A stretch of 59,512 nucleotides of DNA, the filler included. It is 3 parts of 3 records of this genome, joined end to end, with 100 filler letters (N's around TTAATTAATTAA, not from the genome) between each part and the next. Parts side by side here need not be neighbours in the genome. Positions count along the whole stretch, not along the records: positions 1 to 28,390 come from SRR20825019_1930; 2 more parts are not named here. One strand, given 5' to 3'. Positions 1 through 8,991 of the stretch are shown in pieces. The notes beneath the pieces are model-generated. The model was not told where the DNA came from. It made no database searches and worked only from the letters and a program-made list of their open reading frames with translations. Both the position numbers and the translations under genes were made by a program. Numbering within the stretch: the stretch's first letter is position 1; each line of letters opens with the position of its first letter.

Positions 1-2
1 AG

Positions 3-92
3 CGCTTTGCTGGAATCGAGAGCATTGTTAAGAGCTATGCGGCCGATCTTCGAAAAGAAGTAGATCGACGCTCAAAAGATAAAAAAGCCTAG
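3..92 (+). CDS. 3' end of an unidentified ORF truncated by the window edge (RFAGIESIVKSYAADLRKEVDRRSKDKKA*)
   Basis: Open frame from the edge to TAG at 90-92. The stop lies inside the R'' box of the attC-like site, as in integron cassettes. Frame 1 (stop at 61-63) is an alternative. Confidence 0.4.
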   Translation, partial: RFAGIESIVKSYAADLRKEVDRRSKDKKA

Positions 93-147
93 CCAGACGC
101 CCGATCCAACGGCAGCAAGCCGCCGCGGCTCAGCTTAGTCGTCCGCC
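87..147 (+). mobile_element. Degenerate integron attC-like recombination site
   Basis: GCCTAGC (R'' RYYYAAC-like), CAGAC spacer, GCCCGATCC (L''), short inner stem, GGCTCAGC (L'), then GTCCGCC (R' GTTRRRY-like). 61 bp long, upstream stop in R'', next ATG 10 nt after R'. Confidence 0.6.
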
Positions 148-156
148 AGAAATCGA

Positions 157-852
157 ATGAGAAATCTTATAATATTCATATTCGTCTTCTTATCTTTTTC
201 ATCTCCGCAATTACGAGCGGATGATAGCGACAGGTCCGTCCCAGAAATCTCAGTCGAGCGTGTATCACTAAAAGATGGCGTCGTGAACGTCGAGATCGCT
301 ACGAACATCACAACTCCAATCGAAGTCATGATTTCGGTATCGTTGAAGGATCAAGAGCCGAATGCTACTTACATCGGAACGAATCAGAGAGTTACGCTTA
401 GCAGAAGTAAATCAAATCATGAGATTGATGTAAGCCAGGTTAGGATCGGATTGAATGCTCCCACTCTACTGCCCGATGGAGAATACACTGCTGAGGTATC
501 TTTCTATCCGCGATGGGGTGCGAAGAATAATCCCGAAGCCTCTAGATTTGCGACCGAACAGATTCAAGCGGCATCAGATACCTTTACGATTTCCGGTTCA
601 AACCAGTCTTCTCGTGAAATTGAAAATAAGGCCAAAAAGCAAAGATGGGTAATGGAGGAAATCCATATCGGATATAGATGGAATGCAGAGCTGTTCACAA
701 AAAAACTTGGGGATTTCAAGGAGCTTCAACTAACACGCGGGAATCCGAAGGTCTTGAAAGCGCTCTATTTCTCTGACGCGGACATGACTATAATCGTGAA
801 TACGATAAAAGAAGAAGTTGCCGTCTGGAGAATCGGAAAGCAGACAGAGTAA
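157..852 (+). CDS. Secreted hypothetical protein, cassette-like
   Basis: 231-aa ORF with an N-terminal signal peptide (MRNLIIFIFVFLSFSS...). Visibly more AT-rich than its neighbours and follows the attC-like site. Confidence 0.75.
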   Translation: MRNLIIFIFVFLSFSSPQLRADDSDRSVPEISVERVSLKDGVVNVEIATNITTPIEVMISVSLKDQEPNATYIGTNQRVTLSRSKSNHEIDVSQVRIGLNAPTLLPDGEYTAEVSFYPRWGAKNNPEASRFATEQIQAASDTFTISGSNQSSREIENKAKKQRWVMEEIHIGYRWNAELFTKKLGDFKELQLTRGNPKVLKALYFSDADMTIIVNTIKEEVAVWRIGKQTE

Positions 853-912
853 GGGGCGTAAACAAGGTCAATGTTGATTCTTACGGTGATCCCGATCACC
901 CATCAGCCTAAC

Positions 913-1404
913 CTACTTCTCCGCTATGAAAGCGGCGGTGATCACGCCGAGATAATTACTGTAGGTCACGCGGGTGTCATCGATGGCCTGTTCGTTATTC
1001 ACCCCGACCGTGATCCAACCTTGGCTAGTATTCTTCACCAGCGCATGGGCCACCCGACGGCCCGAGCCGTTGTGGTAAAGCACGACCTGGCCGACCTGAA
1101 GTTCTTCAAAGGGCAGCAGCCCGGAAACGATCCAAGCATCGGGCGGAATCAGGGGTTCCATCGAAAGCCCGTGTCCGCGCCAAACTTGAGCAGCGTAAGG
1201 GCGAGTGCGGGCGTAGGCTTCGGCACGGTTGCTTAACGCCCGATCGATCTCGAATCGAGGTGCATCGGGGTTACTGAGCTTGAATCGTTCGATTCGCGGG
1301 ACTGTCACCGTAATCGTCTGACTCTGACACCCGAAACTCAGCCCGACAATCAACAGGATGGCGGCGAGTAAAACCTGTCGGAACGGAGTGGAGGTGAGAC
1401 GCAT
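913..1404 (-). CDS. S24/S26-family (signal peptidase I-like) peptidase, probable lipoprotein
   Basis: Lipobox-like LSFGC, catalytic Ser motif GLSMEP, VAH motif and G-V-N-N...D C-terminal box. Confidence 0.7.
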   Translation of the reverse strand: MRLTSTPFRQVLLAAILLIVGLSFGCQSQTITVTVPRIERFKLSNPDAPRFEIDRALSNRAEAYARTRPYAAQVWRGHGLSMEPLIPPDAWIVSGLLPFEELQVGQVVLYHNGSGRRVAHALVKNTSQGWITVGVNNEQAIDDTRVTYSNYLGVITAAFIAEK

Positions 1405-1449
1405 GGAAATGATTTAGCCCGAGAAGATACCTCTACCCTAATGAAATAC

Positions 1450-1602
1450 GATTCACCTGTTCCAGAAGGATAATCACGCCCGCCCGCTCCGCGGACTCAA
1501 GCCGCGAAGACCCTAAGCAAACGCACAACCGCCAATTAGAAAACCTAAACCTTGGGGTCTTGGGGTCTTCGCGTGAGACTATCACGAGTTAACGGAGTGG
1601 GG
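1450..1602. repeat. ~150-bp palindromic element, copy 1 (REPIN-like)
   Basis: GATTCACC...TCACGCCCGC...TCAAGCCGC...CTAAACCTTGGGGTCTTGGGGTCTTCGCGTGAGACTATCACGAGT recurs at 2248-2397. Internal arm CGCGAAGACCCTAAG pairs with CTTGGGGTCTTCGCG. Confidence 0.85.
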
Positions 1603-1647
1603 ATATGAGAGTTGCCGCCGATGCTTGCAGCGCAAGCCTGGCGGGGA

Positions 1648-2184
1648 TCACTTCGTTCGGTCCTTTTTGCCCCGTAGCATCGACACTCCGGTGACGATGA
1701 GCATGAGCAGTCCACCACCCACCATAATAATGTAGAAAGGACGGAGCTTGGGACCAAGCCAACTGCCTTGATGAATAGTCATCAGCAGCTTCAGCGTGCT
1801 CTCTTCAAAATCAAAGACCAGTTCACCAAAATGATAACCCATACCCGTCACTGAGGTGGCAATTAAAGGCGGTAACAGCACCCAGGAGATCATCCGGTGC
1901 CATCGCCGGGCCCCATTTTTGGCTCGTGAGTGCCACAACAACCACCCACCGCTAAGTGCCAGCGTAAGCAGGCTCAACCCGACCACGGCCGTGTAGACCA
2001 AGGAAAATCCGTCGCCAACCACCGCGCCAGTGTGAATATCCAAAATACGGTGCCCGGTGTCCCGATCCATGCCAAACCAGGAACGTCCTATGCGGTAGGT
2101 CATTCCGGTCGCGACAACAATCAACAGCGGAGCGATCAACCAAGGCGAAAGACGGCGATGCAACATTCTGGGCGCAAATTTCAT
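1648..2184 (-). CDS. PepSY-associated TM-helix membrane protein
   Basis: Duplicated R-x-x-H-R...TG...H-x-G helix motifs. Start moved to the ATG of MKFAPRMLH. Confidence 0.75.
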   Translation of the reverse strand: MKFAPRMLHRRLSPWLIAPLLIVVATGMTYRIGRSWFGMDRDTGHRILDIHTGAVVGDGFSLVYTAVVGLSLLTLALSGGWLLWHSRAKNGARRWHRMISWVLLPPLIATSVTGMGYHFGELVFDFEESTLKLLMTIHQGSWLGPKLRPFYIIMVGGGLLMLIVTGVSMLRGKKDRTK

Positions 2185-2247
2185 CCCTTGAGAAGGTATC
2201 GCAGGTCGGCACGAGGCCAATCCCAAACCGATCCGGATAGGGTCGGT

Positions 2248-2397
2248 GATTCACCTATTCTCTTCTCACGCCCGCTCGCTCCGCGAGTTCAAGCCGCAAA
2301 TGCCCTCAACAAACGCAGAACCCACCGATCCGATAAAATCTAAACCTTAGGGTCTTGGGGTCTCCGCGTGAGACTATCACGAGTCAGTCGCGTGGGA
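2248..2397. repeat. ~150-bp palindromic element, copy 2 (direct repeat of 1450-1602)
   Basis: Same blocks in the same order, including CTAAACCTTAGGGTCTTGGGGTCTCCGCGTGAGACTATCACGAGT. Confidence 0.85.
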
Positions 2398-2476
2398 CGG
2401 GCACGGCAACTTCATTGCCAGAATAAGCATAACGTGTAAGACAGGTTTAATTTCCAAAATGGAACAGCGATCAGCC

Positions 2477-2501
2477 GTAGAGGCGGGTCTTTGACCCGTC
2501 T
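2477..2501 (+). repeat. GTAG-type REP, left of RAYT
   Basis: GTAG followed by the hairpin AGGCGGGTC-TTT-GACCCGTCT. Confidence 0.9.
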
Positions 2502-2509
2502 TTCTTATC

Positions 2510-3106
2510 ATGCCACCTCCACATACAACCCTATTTCGCAGAGGAAAACTGCCCCATTGGGAAGTGCAGGAGGGACGCTACTTTGTTACGGTGAGATTGC
2601 GTGATAGCCTTCCTCAGGAAGTCGTGCTGCGCCTGAGAGATATTTATCAAAATCTCCAATCAATCAGCCCGCAGTCTGCAGAGTTTTCCAATCTTCAGAG
2701 AGTGTATTTTCGCATGATGGAAAAGTATCTCGATGCTGGCAGTGGAAGTTGCGCGCTGAGGGATTCCTCGCTTGCGAGCATCGTCGCCGATGAGTTACAG
2801 GCCTTGGATGACTGGCAGGTTAAGGTGCCGCATTACAGTATCATGCCCAATCATTGGCATGCCTTAATTATTCCACCTAGCACACCCAACCGACCACTCG
2901 CGACGATCATGAAGAGGATTAAAGGACGTAGCGGTCTCCGTATCAATCGCACCCGAAAACAGAGTGGTCCCGTTTGGCAACGTGAATGGTTTGATCACTG
3001 GATTCGCAACGATGCTGAGTGGGCCAAGACGATTCGGTATATCCAGAACAATCCGGTCAAAGCTCATTTAGTGACGCGATGGCAGGATCATCTCTGGACG
3101 CGGTAA
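2510..3106 (+). mobile_element. REP-associated tyrosine transposase (RAYT, Y1 HUH family)
   Basis: YFVTVRL, HUH motif IMPNHWHAL, WQREWFDHWIR and YIQNNPVKA. Flanked by inverted GTAG REPs. Confidence 0.92.
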
Positions 3107-3130
3107 GGCGGGTCAAAGACCCGCCTCTAC
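3106..3130 (-). repeat. GTAG-type REP, right of RAYT (inverted)
   Basis: Reverse complement GTAGAGGCGGGTCTTTGACCCGCCT, one mismatch from the left copy. Confidence 0.9.
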
Positions 3131-3742
3131 TCACTCATCAATGCCGTCGTTCTGATCGACCCATTCTTCGTAGTCGGCGCGGAGGATGAAACGGAGGGAA
3201 GCGGAGTTGATGCAGTAGCGTTCGCCGGTGGGACGTGGGCCGTCGTTGAAGACGTGGCCGAGGTGGCTGCCGCAGACATTGCAGTGCACTTCGTCACGCA
3301 CCATGCCGTAGCTGGTGTCGCGTTCGACGCCGACGAAGGACTTTTCCATCGGCTTATAAAAGCTCGGCCAGCCGGTGCCGCTCTTAAATTTAGTCTCACT
3401 GTCGAACAATGGGGTCTCGCAACCTACGCAGAAATAAACGCCATCGGCCTTGTTGTCCCAATATTCGTTCTGAAACGGAGGCTCGGTCCCCTGCTCGCGC
3501 GCGACCTGATACTGACGCGGATTGAGCATGGAGCGCCACTCAGCCTCGGTGCGCTGCACCTTGTTTTTGCTCATGTCGATCACGACATTGGAAGGAAGCC
3601 CGCAGGCGGAGGTTTCGCCCAGTTCACATTCGAGGGCATCTTTGGCGGCGGGTTCTTCTGAATTTTTCATAGTAGCAGCGATCAAGACTCCTCCCGATAG
3701 CGTCAATCCGAGAGCCAGCAGGGATAAAAGTGATTTTTTCAT
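3131..3742 (-). CDS. msrB: Peptide-methionine (R)-S-oxide reductase with signal peptide
   Basis: GTEPPF, CxxC pairs, [21 protein letters not shown] and RYCINSASL motifs. Confidence 0.95.
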   Translation of the reverse strand: MKKSLLSLLALGLTLSGGVLIAATMKNSEEPAAKDALECELGETSACGLPSNVVIDMSKNKVQRTEAEWRSMLNPRQYQVAREQGTEPPFQNEYWDNKADGVYFCVGCETPLFDSETKFKSGTGWPSFYKPMEKSFVGVERDTSYGMVRDEVHCNVCGSHLGHVFNDGPRPTGERYCINSASLRFILRADYEEWVDQNDGIDE

Positions 3743-3769
3743 GCAGGTAAGAGTAACCAGGTTTCGGTT

Positions 3770-5056
3770 TTATTCCACCCGCACCGGCAAAGTGCCGTCG
3801 CCAAACTCGGTCTGGAGCTTTTGTCCCGAGGTCACCCCCGCCTTCCGCGCCACCGGATTCCCCTGTTCGTCGCGCACAATCGCGAAGCCGCGCTGCAGCA
3901 CCGAGGCCGGACTCACCGATTGGAGGCGTTTCCAAAGCGACAACAGCTTTTGCGATTCCTGCTGCACCCGAAATTCGGGCGAGTGACGCGCCAGTTCCGA
4001 ACCGACGGTTGCGAAACGATGACGCCGCTCCCGCAGTTGCCCGGACATCACCGACGCCAATCGGTTGGCATAATCATCAATCCGTAAAAAGCCCTGCTCG
4101 ATCTGCCCCCGCGGACTCAGCAACCGCAACCGGCTCTGCGCATGATCGAGCTGCGCGCGCGCGGTTTCCACCGCCCCCATGAGTTCGGTCCGCATATCCT
4201 CCGAAGCCTGCTGCACGCGTTCGCGCGCTTCGACAAAATGGCTGGAGATCAATTCCGCCGCCGCACTCGGAGTTTCCGCGCGCACATCGGCCGCGAAATC
4301 GCTCAGAGTGAAATCAATTTCATGGCCCACCGCCGAGATTACCGGGATATCGCATTCGGCGATCGCCCGCACCAGCGACTCTTCGTTAAACGCCCAGAGA
4401 TCCTCCAGACTTCCACCACCGCGCCCCACCACGATCAAATCGAAGATTCCCTGCTCTTCCGCCAACTCCAGCATCGACGCGATTTCCTTCGCCGCTCCCT
4501 CGCCCTGCACTTTCGCCGGCAAGACGACCACCCGTCCGCGCCATTCACGTCGGATCAGAATCCGCATGAAATCCTGCACCGCCGCGCCGGTTGGTGAAGT
4601 GATGAAGCCCACCGTCCTCGGCATGGTAGGCAGCTCACGTTTGCGATTCGCATCGAACAGCCCTTCTTCAGACAACCGTTTCTTCAGCGCTTCAAACTCC
4701 TGCTGGAGACGCCCCACCCCGTCCTCGACGATCACGCGCACGATCAGCTGGTATTGGCCGCGCACTTCATAGACGTTGAGCTCGCCATAAACGAGCACCT
4801 GCTGGCCAGCGCGCAGTTTCGTGCTCTGCCTCATCGCATCGCCCCGAAACATCACGGCGGAGAGCTGGGCTTCACTATCCTTCAACGAAAAGTAAACATG
4901 ACCGCTCGCCTGCTGGCGCAGATTCGAAACCTCGCCGCGCACCCAACCCGGAGCGATTCCGTTTTCGAGCAGTTCTTTTACGCGTCGCGTAAACTCGCCG
5001 ACCGTCGCCACGCGGATCTCGTCATCGTCCAACGTGATTCCCCCCCGCTTACTCAT
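3770..5056 (-). CDS. xseA: Exodeoxyribonuclease VII large subunit
   Basis: GEVSN, SGHVYFSLKD, RGGGSLEDLWAFNEE, SAVGHEIDFTLSDFAADVRAETPSAAAE. Confidence 0.96.
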   Translation of the reverse strand: MSKRGGITLDDDEIRVATVGEFTRRVKELLENGIAPGWVRGEVSNLRQQASGHVYFSLKDSEAQLSAVMFRGDAMRQSTKLRAGQQVLVYGELNVYEVRGQYQLIVRVIVEDGVGRLQQEFEALKKRLSEEGLFDANRKRELPTMPRTVGFITSPTGAAVQDFMRILIRREWRGRVVVLPAKVQGEGAAKEIASMLELAEEQGIFDLIVVGRGGGSLEDLWAFNEESLVRAIAECDIPVISAVGHEIDFTLSDFAADVRAETPSAAAELISSHFVEARERVQQASEDMRTELMGAVETARAQLDHAQSRLRLLSPRGQIEQGFLRIDDYANRLASVMSGQLRERRHRFATVGSELARHSPEFRVQQESQKLLSLWKRLQSVSPASVLQRGFAIVRDEQGNPVARKAGVTSGQKLQTEFGDGTLPVRVE

Positions 5057-5730
5057 GGCTTGATCTGCTTATCGGCATAGCGACGTCGTATCAATTGCAC
5101 TCCCACCGTTAATACGATGAACAAGCCTATCGCCATCAAGGCCATCTTGCCTCGGCCATGCATAAGCGCATCGCCAAACAAAACGAAAGCACAAGCGTAT
5201 AGTGAAGAGATGACCCAAGAAATATAAAAATACGTAACAAAGGGGATTCCTGCCAAACCAAGGATATAGCTCTGCAATACATAGGGAGGGCCGGGAGTTA
5301 CTCTGATCAAAAAGACCATGACTCGGTGATTCTGCGCCGAGACCTCCGGCAATTTGTAACCCAACCAAGCCAAGAGCTTAATCAGCCAAGGCCGGAATAA
5401 GTGGCGTGAAAGCCAATACGAAATAGCCAAGTTCACCCCGATACTCAGGCAGACCAAAAGCAGCACCAAAGGCATGCCCAATTCCGGCGCAAACACCGAG
5501 CCGGCGGGTAGCGTAAATACGGTGAGCGGACATCCCACCGCCGGCAGCAGAGCCAGTGCCACGAAGAAGGTCGTCGGACCCGCCTCGCGCACGATCTCAA
5601 TTCCCTGCTCAAGGAGCGCCTTGAGGTCCACCCCACTGAGCGCGAAAATCGCGGCCATCACGATGATGACTCCAAGGACGGTCAGCTTAATCAGCATCTG
5701 CATTTTCTCACGAGGCATGGGCTCACTCAT
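5053..5730 (-). CDS. DedA/VTT (TVP38/TMEM64, SNARE-associated) membrane protein
   Basis: Hydrophobic protein with LPAVGCP...AG and the R-V-T-P-G-P-P...Y-x-x-G motif. Start approximate. Confidence 0.8.
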   Translation of the reverse strand: MSEPMPREKMQMLIKLTVLGVIIVMAAIFALSGVDLKALLEQGIEIVREAGPTTFFVALALLPAVGCPLTVFTLPAGSVFAPELGMPLVLLLVCLSIGVNLAISYWLSRHLFRPWLIKLLAWLGYKLPEVSAQNHRVMVFLIRVTPGPPYVLQSYILGLAGIPFVTYFYISWVISSLYACAFVLFGDALMHGRGKMALMAIGLFIVLTVGVQLIRRRYADKQIKP

Positions 5731-5884
5731 GGCGTCACGATGCCCACCCCGCTTCCTAGCCGTCAATCACACACTGGTCTGCCTTCAGCCGTCGTTATGA
5801 AGAACAGGACGATGCCCCTATGGTCAGGTCGTCAGGAAAAAGACTTCCGTTCGCCCCGTCGTAAACTACGGTGCCCCTACGCGT

Positions 5885-6574
5885 ATGAAGTTATCCATCG
5901 TGATCCCTTGTTATAACGAAGCTAAAACCATCAAGATGCTGGTCGAACGCGTGCGCGCCGCTCCGGTCGAGAACAAGGAAATCATTATCGTGAACGATTG
6001 CTCAACCGATGGCACCCGCGAGGTGCTCGATGCGGAAATCGCCCCACTCGTGGACAAGGTTATCCACCACGAAACCAATCAGGGCAAAGGGGCCGCCCTG
6101 CGCACCGGATTCAACGCCGCGACGGGCGATGCGGTCATCATCCAGGATGCCGATCTCGAATACGATCCCGACGAATACCCCAAGCTTCTGAAACCTCTGC
6201 TCGAAGGAAAGGCCGACGTGGTCTTTGGATCACGTTTCACCGGGGGCGATGCGCACCGTGTGGTCTATTTCTGGCACATGATCGGCAACAAGTTTCTTAC
6301 GCTCTGTTCGAACATGTTCACCAATTTAAATCTCACGGATATGGAGACCTGCTATAAGCTGTTCCGTCGTGAGGTGCTGCAGAAGATTACGATTGAAGAG
6401 AATCGTTTCGGTTTCGAACCCGAGATCACCGCCAAGATTTCCCGCCTCAACGTGGCGATCTACGAAGTCGGCATCAGTTACTACGGCCGCACTTACGACG
6501 AAGGCAAAAAGATCGGCTGGCGCGACGGGTTCCGGGCCCTTTACGCGATCATCAAATATAATTTGTTTCGATAA
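5885..6574 (+). CDS. GT2 polyprenol-phosphate glycosyltransferase (DPM1-like)
   Basis: [53 protein letters not shown]. Confidence 0.93.
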   Translation: MKLSIVIPCYNEAKTIKMLVERVRAAPVENKEIIIVNDCSTDGTREVLDAEIAPLVDKVIHHETNQGKGAALRTGFNAATGDAVIIQDADLEYDPDEYPKLLKPLLEGKADVVFGSRFTGGDAHRVVYFWHMIGNKFLTLCSNMFTNLNLTDMETCYKLFRREVLQKITIEENRFGFEPEITAKISRLNVAIYEVGISYYGRTYDEGKKIGWRDGFRALYAIIKYNLFR

Positions 6575-6577
6575 TCG

Positions 6578-7993
6578 ATGACTTCCCCCTCCGACTCGCA
6601 TCCCATGACCCGAGTCTGGATCGCATGCACTCTGGTCATGAGCATGGGTTGGCTCTGGATCAACTTCTGCCGCTTTCCCAATTACGCTTGGAACGATATC
6701 CGATTGCTGCCCGTCTTCATGGCCGCAGTCGGGGAACCTGTTTACACCTTGCCGGGTTCCGGTGTGCTCACGACCTGGATGTATGGCCCCCTTCCGATGT
6801 GGCTCTGGAGCCCGGCCCTCTGGGGCAACAGCGCGATCTCCGCTCTGCTGATCGCCGATGCGGTCAACATCGGGATATCCATCTTGGTCATCGCATTGAC
6901 CTGCGCCTATTGGCCGATCGCGAACATCTCAAAAGCAACTCGTTGGCTCGCCTTCGCCGGAGTCATCGCGATCTGGCCCGACCACACCTTCCGTTTCCTC
7001 CAAGCCGATAACCTCGCGATCGCCTGCGCCCTGCTCGGCAACCTCCTGCTCGTCACCTCCTCAACGCAGAACAGAAACCGCCGCCTCTGGATTGTCGCCG
7101 CCACGACAGCAATCGCGCTGGGATGTAAGCAAAACTCACTCGGCATTCTCGGCGCCCAAACTCTGTGGCTCGCCATGGAATGTGATCGACGAACCGCCGG
7201 AGTGTTTCTCGTGCGCACGGTGTTGATTGGTGCTGTTCTCGCGAGTTTCGCCATTTTTCAATTTGGCTTCGCCGAGCTGTGGTTCGGGGTGGTCACCATC
7301 GCGGGTCAGCTCCCCTGGGTGGCTGACCCAACTCTACGGCTACTTGATATCGCCCCACAGCTCCTTGTGCACTGGGGGCTGCCACTCGCGGCTTATCTCG
7401 TGATCGGAAAAAGACTCCTGCTCTCATCGCATCCGCTACGGCTCCCGTTCTTAGCGTTCTTGTTCAGTTTTCCGCTTGGAATCATCGGCCTGCTCTCCAC
7501 CGGAGGAAGTCTCAACAATCTTCATGGCCTCCATTTGCTCGCCATTCCGCTGCTACTGATCGTATTGCATCACGGCATTCGGCCACTGAACCATTTTTAC
7601 CGTCCTTTGACGTGTGCTTTTATCGTGGGAATTTTTTCCCTACGGATCCTCCACGCCGATCAGGCGCCGATCATTCCGAATCTTCGCAATGTGGAAACCG
7701 CCAACGCCCTCCACCAGGAGCATCCCTATCAGCTCTGGCTGCCTTGGAATCCCTTGGTTTCCTATTTCGCCGAAGATCAATTTTACCACTCGGAAGACGG
7801 GATTTATGTGCGCTTCATCACCGGTCATCCCGTCACCCTGAATCAGGCCAATGCCCACTTACCAGACGATCTGAGGCTCATCGCTTTTCCCCACAAAAAC
7901 CTGCAGTGGGGCCTGTCCGCCAAGCTCGCCCCGGCCAATGCGATCACTCGAGATGAAGCCGGTTGGTGGTTCGTCGATTGGACCGAGCAGTGA
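6578..7993 (+). CDS. Polytopic membrane protein, possible GT-C-fold glycosyltransferase
   Basis: About 10-11 hydrophobic segments, Asp after TM1 (WNDIR), YGP, AD and KQ motifs, soluble C-terminal domain. Starts 3 nt after the GT2 gene. Confidence 0.6.
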   Translation: MTSPSDSHPMTRVWIACTLVMSMGWLWINFCRFPNYAWNDIRLLPVFMAAVGEPVYTLPGSGVLTTWMYGPLPMWLWSPALWGNSAISALLIADAVNIGISILVIALTCAYWPIANISKATRWLAFAGVIAIWPDHTFRFLQADNLAIACALLGNLLLVTSSTQNRNRRLWIVAATTAIALGCKQNSLGILGAQTLWLAMECDRRTAGVFLVRTVLIGAVLASFAIFQFGFAELWFGVVTIAGQLPWVADPTLRLLDIAPQLLVHWGLPLAAYLVIGKRLLLSSHPLRLPFLAFLFSFPLGIIGLLSTGGSLNNLHGLHLLAIPLLLIVLHHGIRPLNHFYRPLTCAFIVGIFSLRILHADQAPIIPNLRNVETANALHQEHPYQLWLPWNPLVSYFAEDQFYHSEDGIYVRFITGHPVTLNQANAHLPDDLRLIAFPHKNLQWGLSAKLAPANAITRDEAGWWFVDWTEQ

Positions 7994-8049
7994 TCTTGGT
8001 TGAATTAGAATCTTTTCGTGAGACTGCTTTTTACTCACTCTGACCTACC

Positions 8050-8991
8050 TTGAGCCTTCCCCAAGTAGCCCTCGTCATCCCCGCCTACAATGAAACCCCG
8101 GTTCTGCCGGAGTTGTTTCGCAGGCTCACGTCGATCTTCGATCAAAACACTCAGGTTCTCTGGACGGCTATACTGATCGACGACGGCAGTCGCGATGACA
8201 CCGCCACGATGCTCAAAAACCAATGCGCGCTGGATCAGCGTTTTCGCATGCTCGCGTTGTCCCGCAACTTTGGGTTTCAAGCCGCTCTGATGGCCGGCCT
8301 CGATCACAGCACGGAATTCGACGCAGTCATCACGATGGACGCCGATTTACAAGATCCTCCCGAAATCATTCCCGAAATCGTCAAAACCTGGCAGGACGGC
8401 GCGGAAGTTGTCCTGGCGGTGCGTCGTTCACGACAAGAAACCGGATTGCGTCGCCTGGGTTTTAACCTCTTCCATCGCTGCTTTGGTCGTCTTGTGGATA
8501 TCCCGATGGAAAGCAATACCGGCACGTTCGGACTCCTCAACCAAGCCGCCGTGGCCGCGTTTGCACGCTTGCCCGAATCTCACCGGTTCTTTCCCGGTCT
8601 CCGCTCGTGGCTCGGATTCACCCGGCGCGATGTCATTTACGATCGTCAGGAACGCGCCGCCGGGGAACCCGCCCAAAATCTTCGTCGGCTCTGCCGCTAT
8701 GCGTTTGATGGCATCTTCAGTTTTTCCCGGCTGCCCCTGCGATTACTCACGATCTGCGGAGTCTTCATCGCGGGCATGGGATTCGCCGTCGGCGTGTTTT
8801 TTATCGTGCGTCGCCTGATGGGGATTGAAATCGCCCAAGTGGGTTTCACCACCCTGGCCACGCTGGTGTTATTTCTCGGAGGTATGCAACTGATCGGCAT
8901 CGGCGTGCTGGGTGAGTATCTGGGACGCGTTTACGATGAAGCGAAACGACGTCCCAACTACATCATCAAAACTCGCATCGGTTTTGAATAA
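8050..8991 (+). CDS. GT2 undecaprenyl-phosphate glycosyltransferase (GtrB/ArnC-like)
   Basis: PAYNE, DDGSRD, LSRNFG, MDADLQDPP, two C-terminal TM helices, GEYLGRVYDEAKRRP. TTG start. Confidence 0.93.
   Translation: MSLPQVALVIPAYNETPVLPELFRRLTSIFDQNTQVLWTAILIDDGSRDDTATMLKNQCALDQRFRMLALSRNFGFQAALMAGLDHSTEFDAVITMDADLQDPPEIIPEIVKTWQDGAEVVLAVRRSRQETGLRRLGFNLFHRCFGRLVDIPMESNTGTFGLLNQAAVAAFARLPESHRFFPGLRSWLGFTRRDVIYDRQERAAGEPAQNLRRLCRYAFDGIFSFSRLPLRLLTICGVFIAGMGFAVGVFFIVRRLMGIEIAQVGFTTLATLVLFLGGMQLIGIGVLGEYLGRVYDEAKRRPNYIIKTRIGFE

Noticed and set aside
1450-2397. Repeats as a CRISPR array or IS ends
   Set aside because: Only two long diverged copies about 800 bp apart, in direct orientation, with no spacers, cas genes or enclosed transposase.
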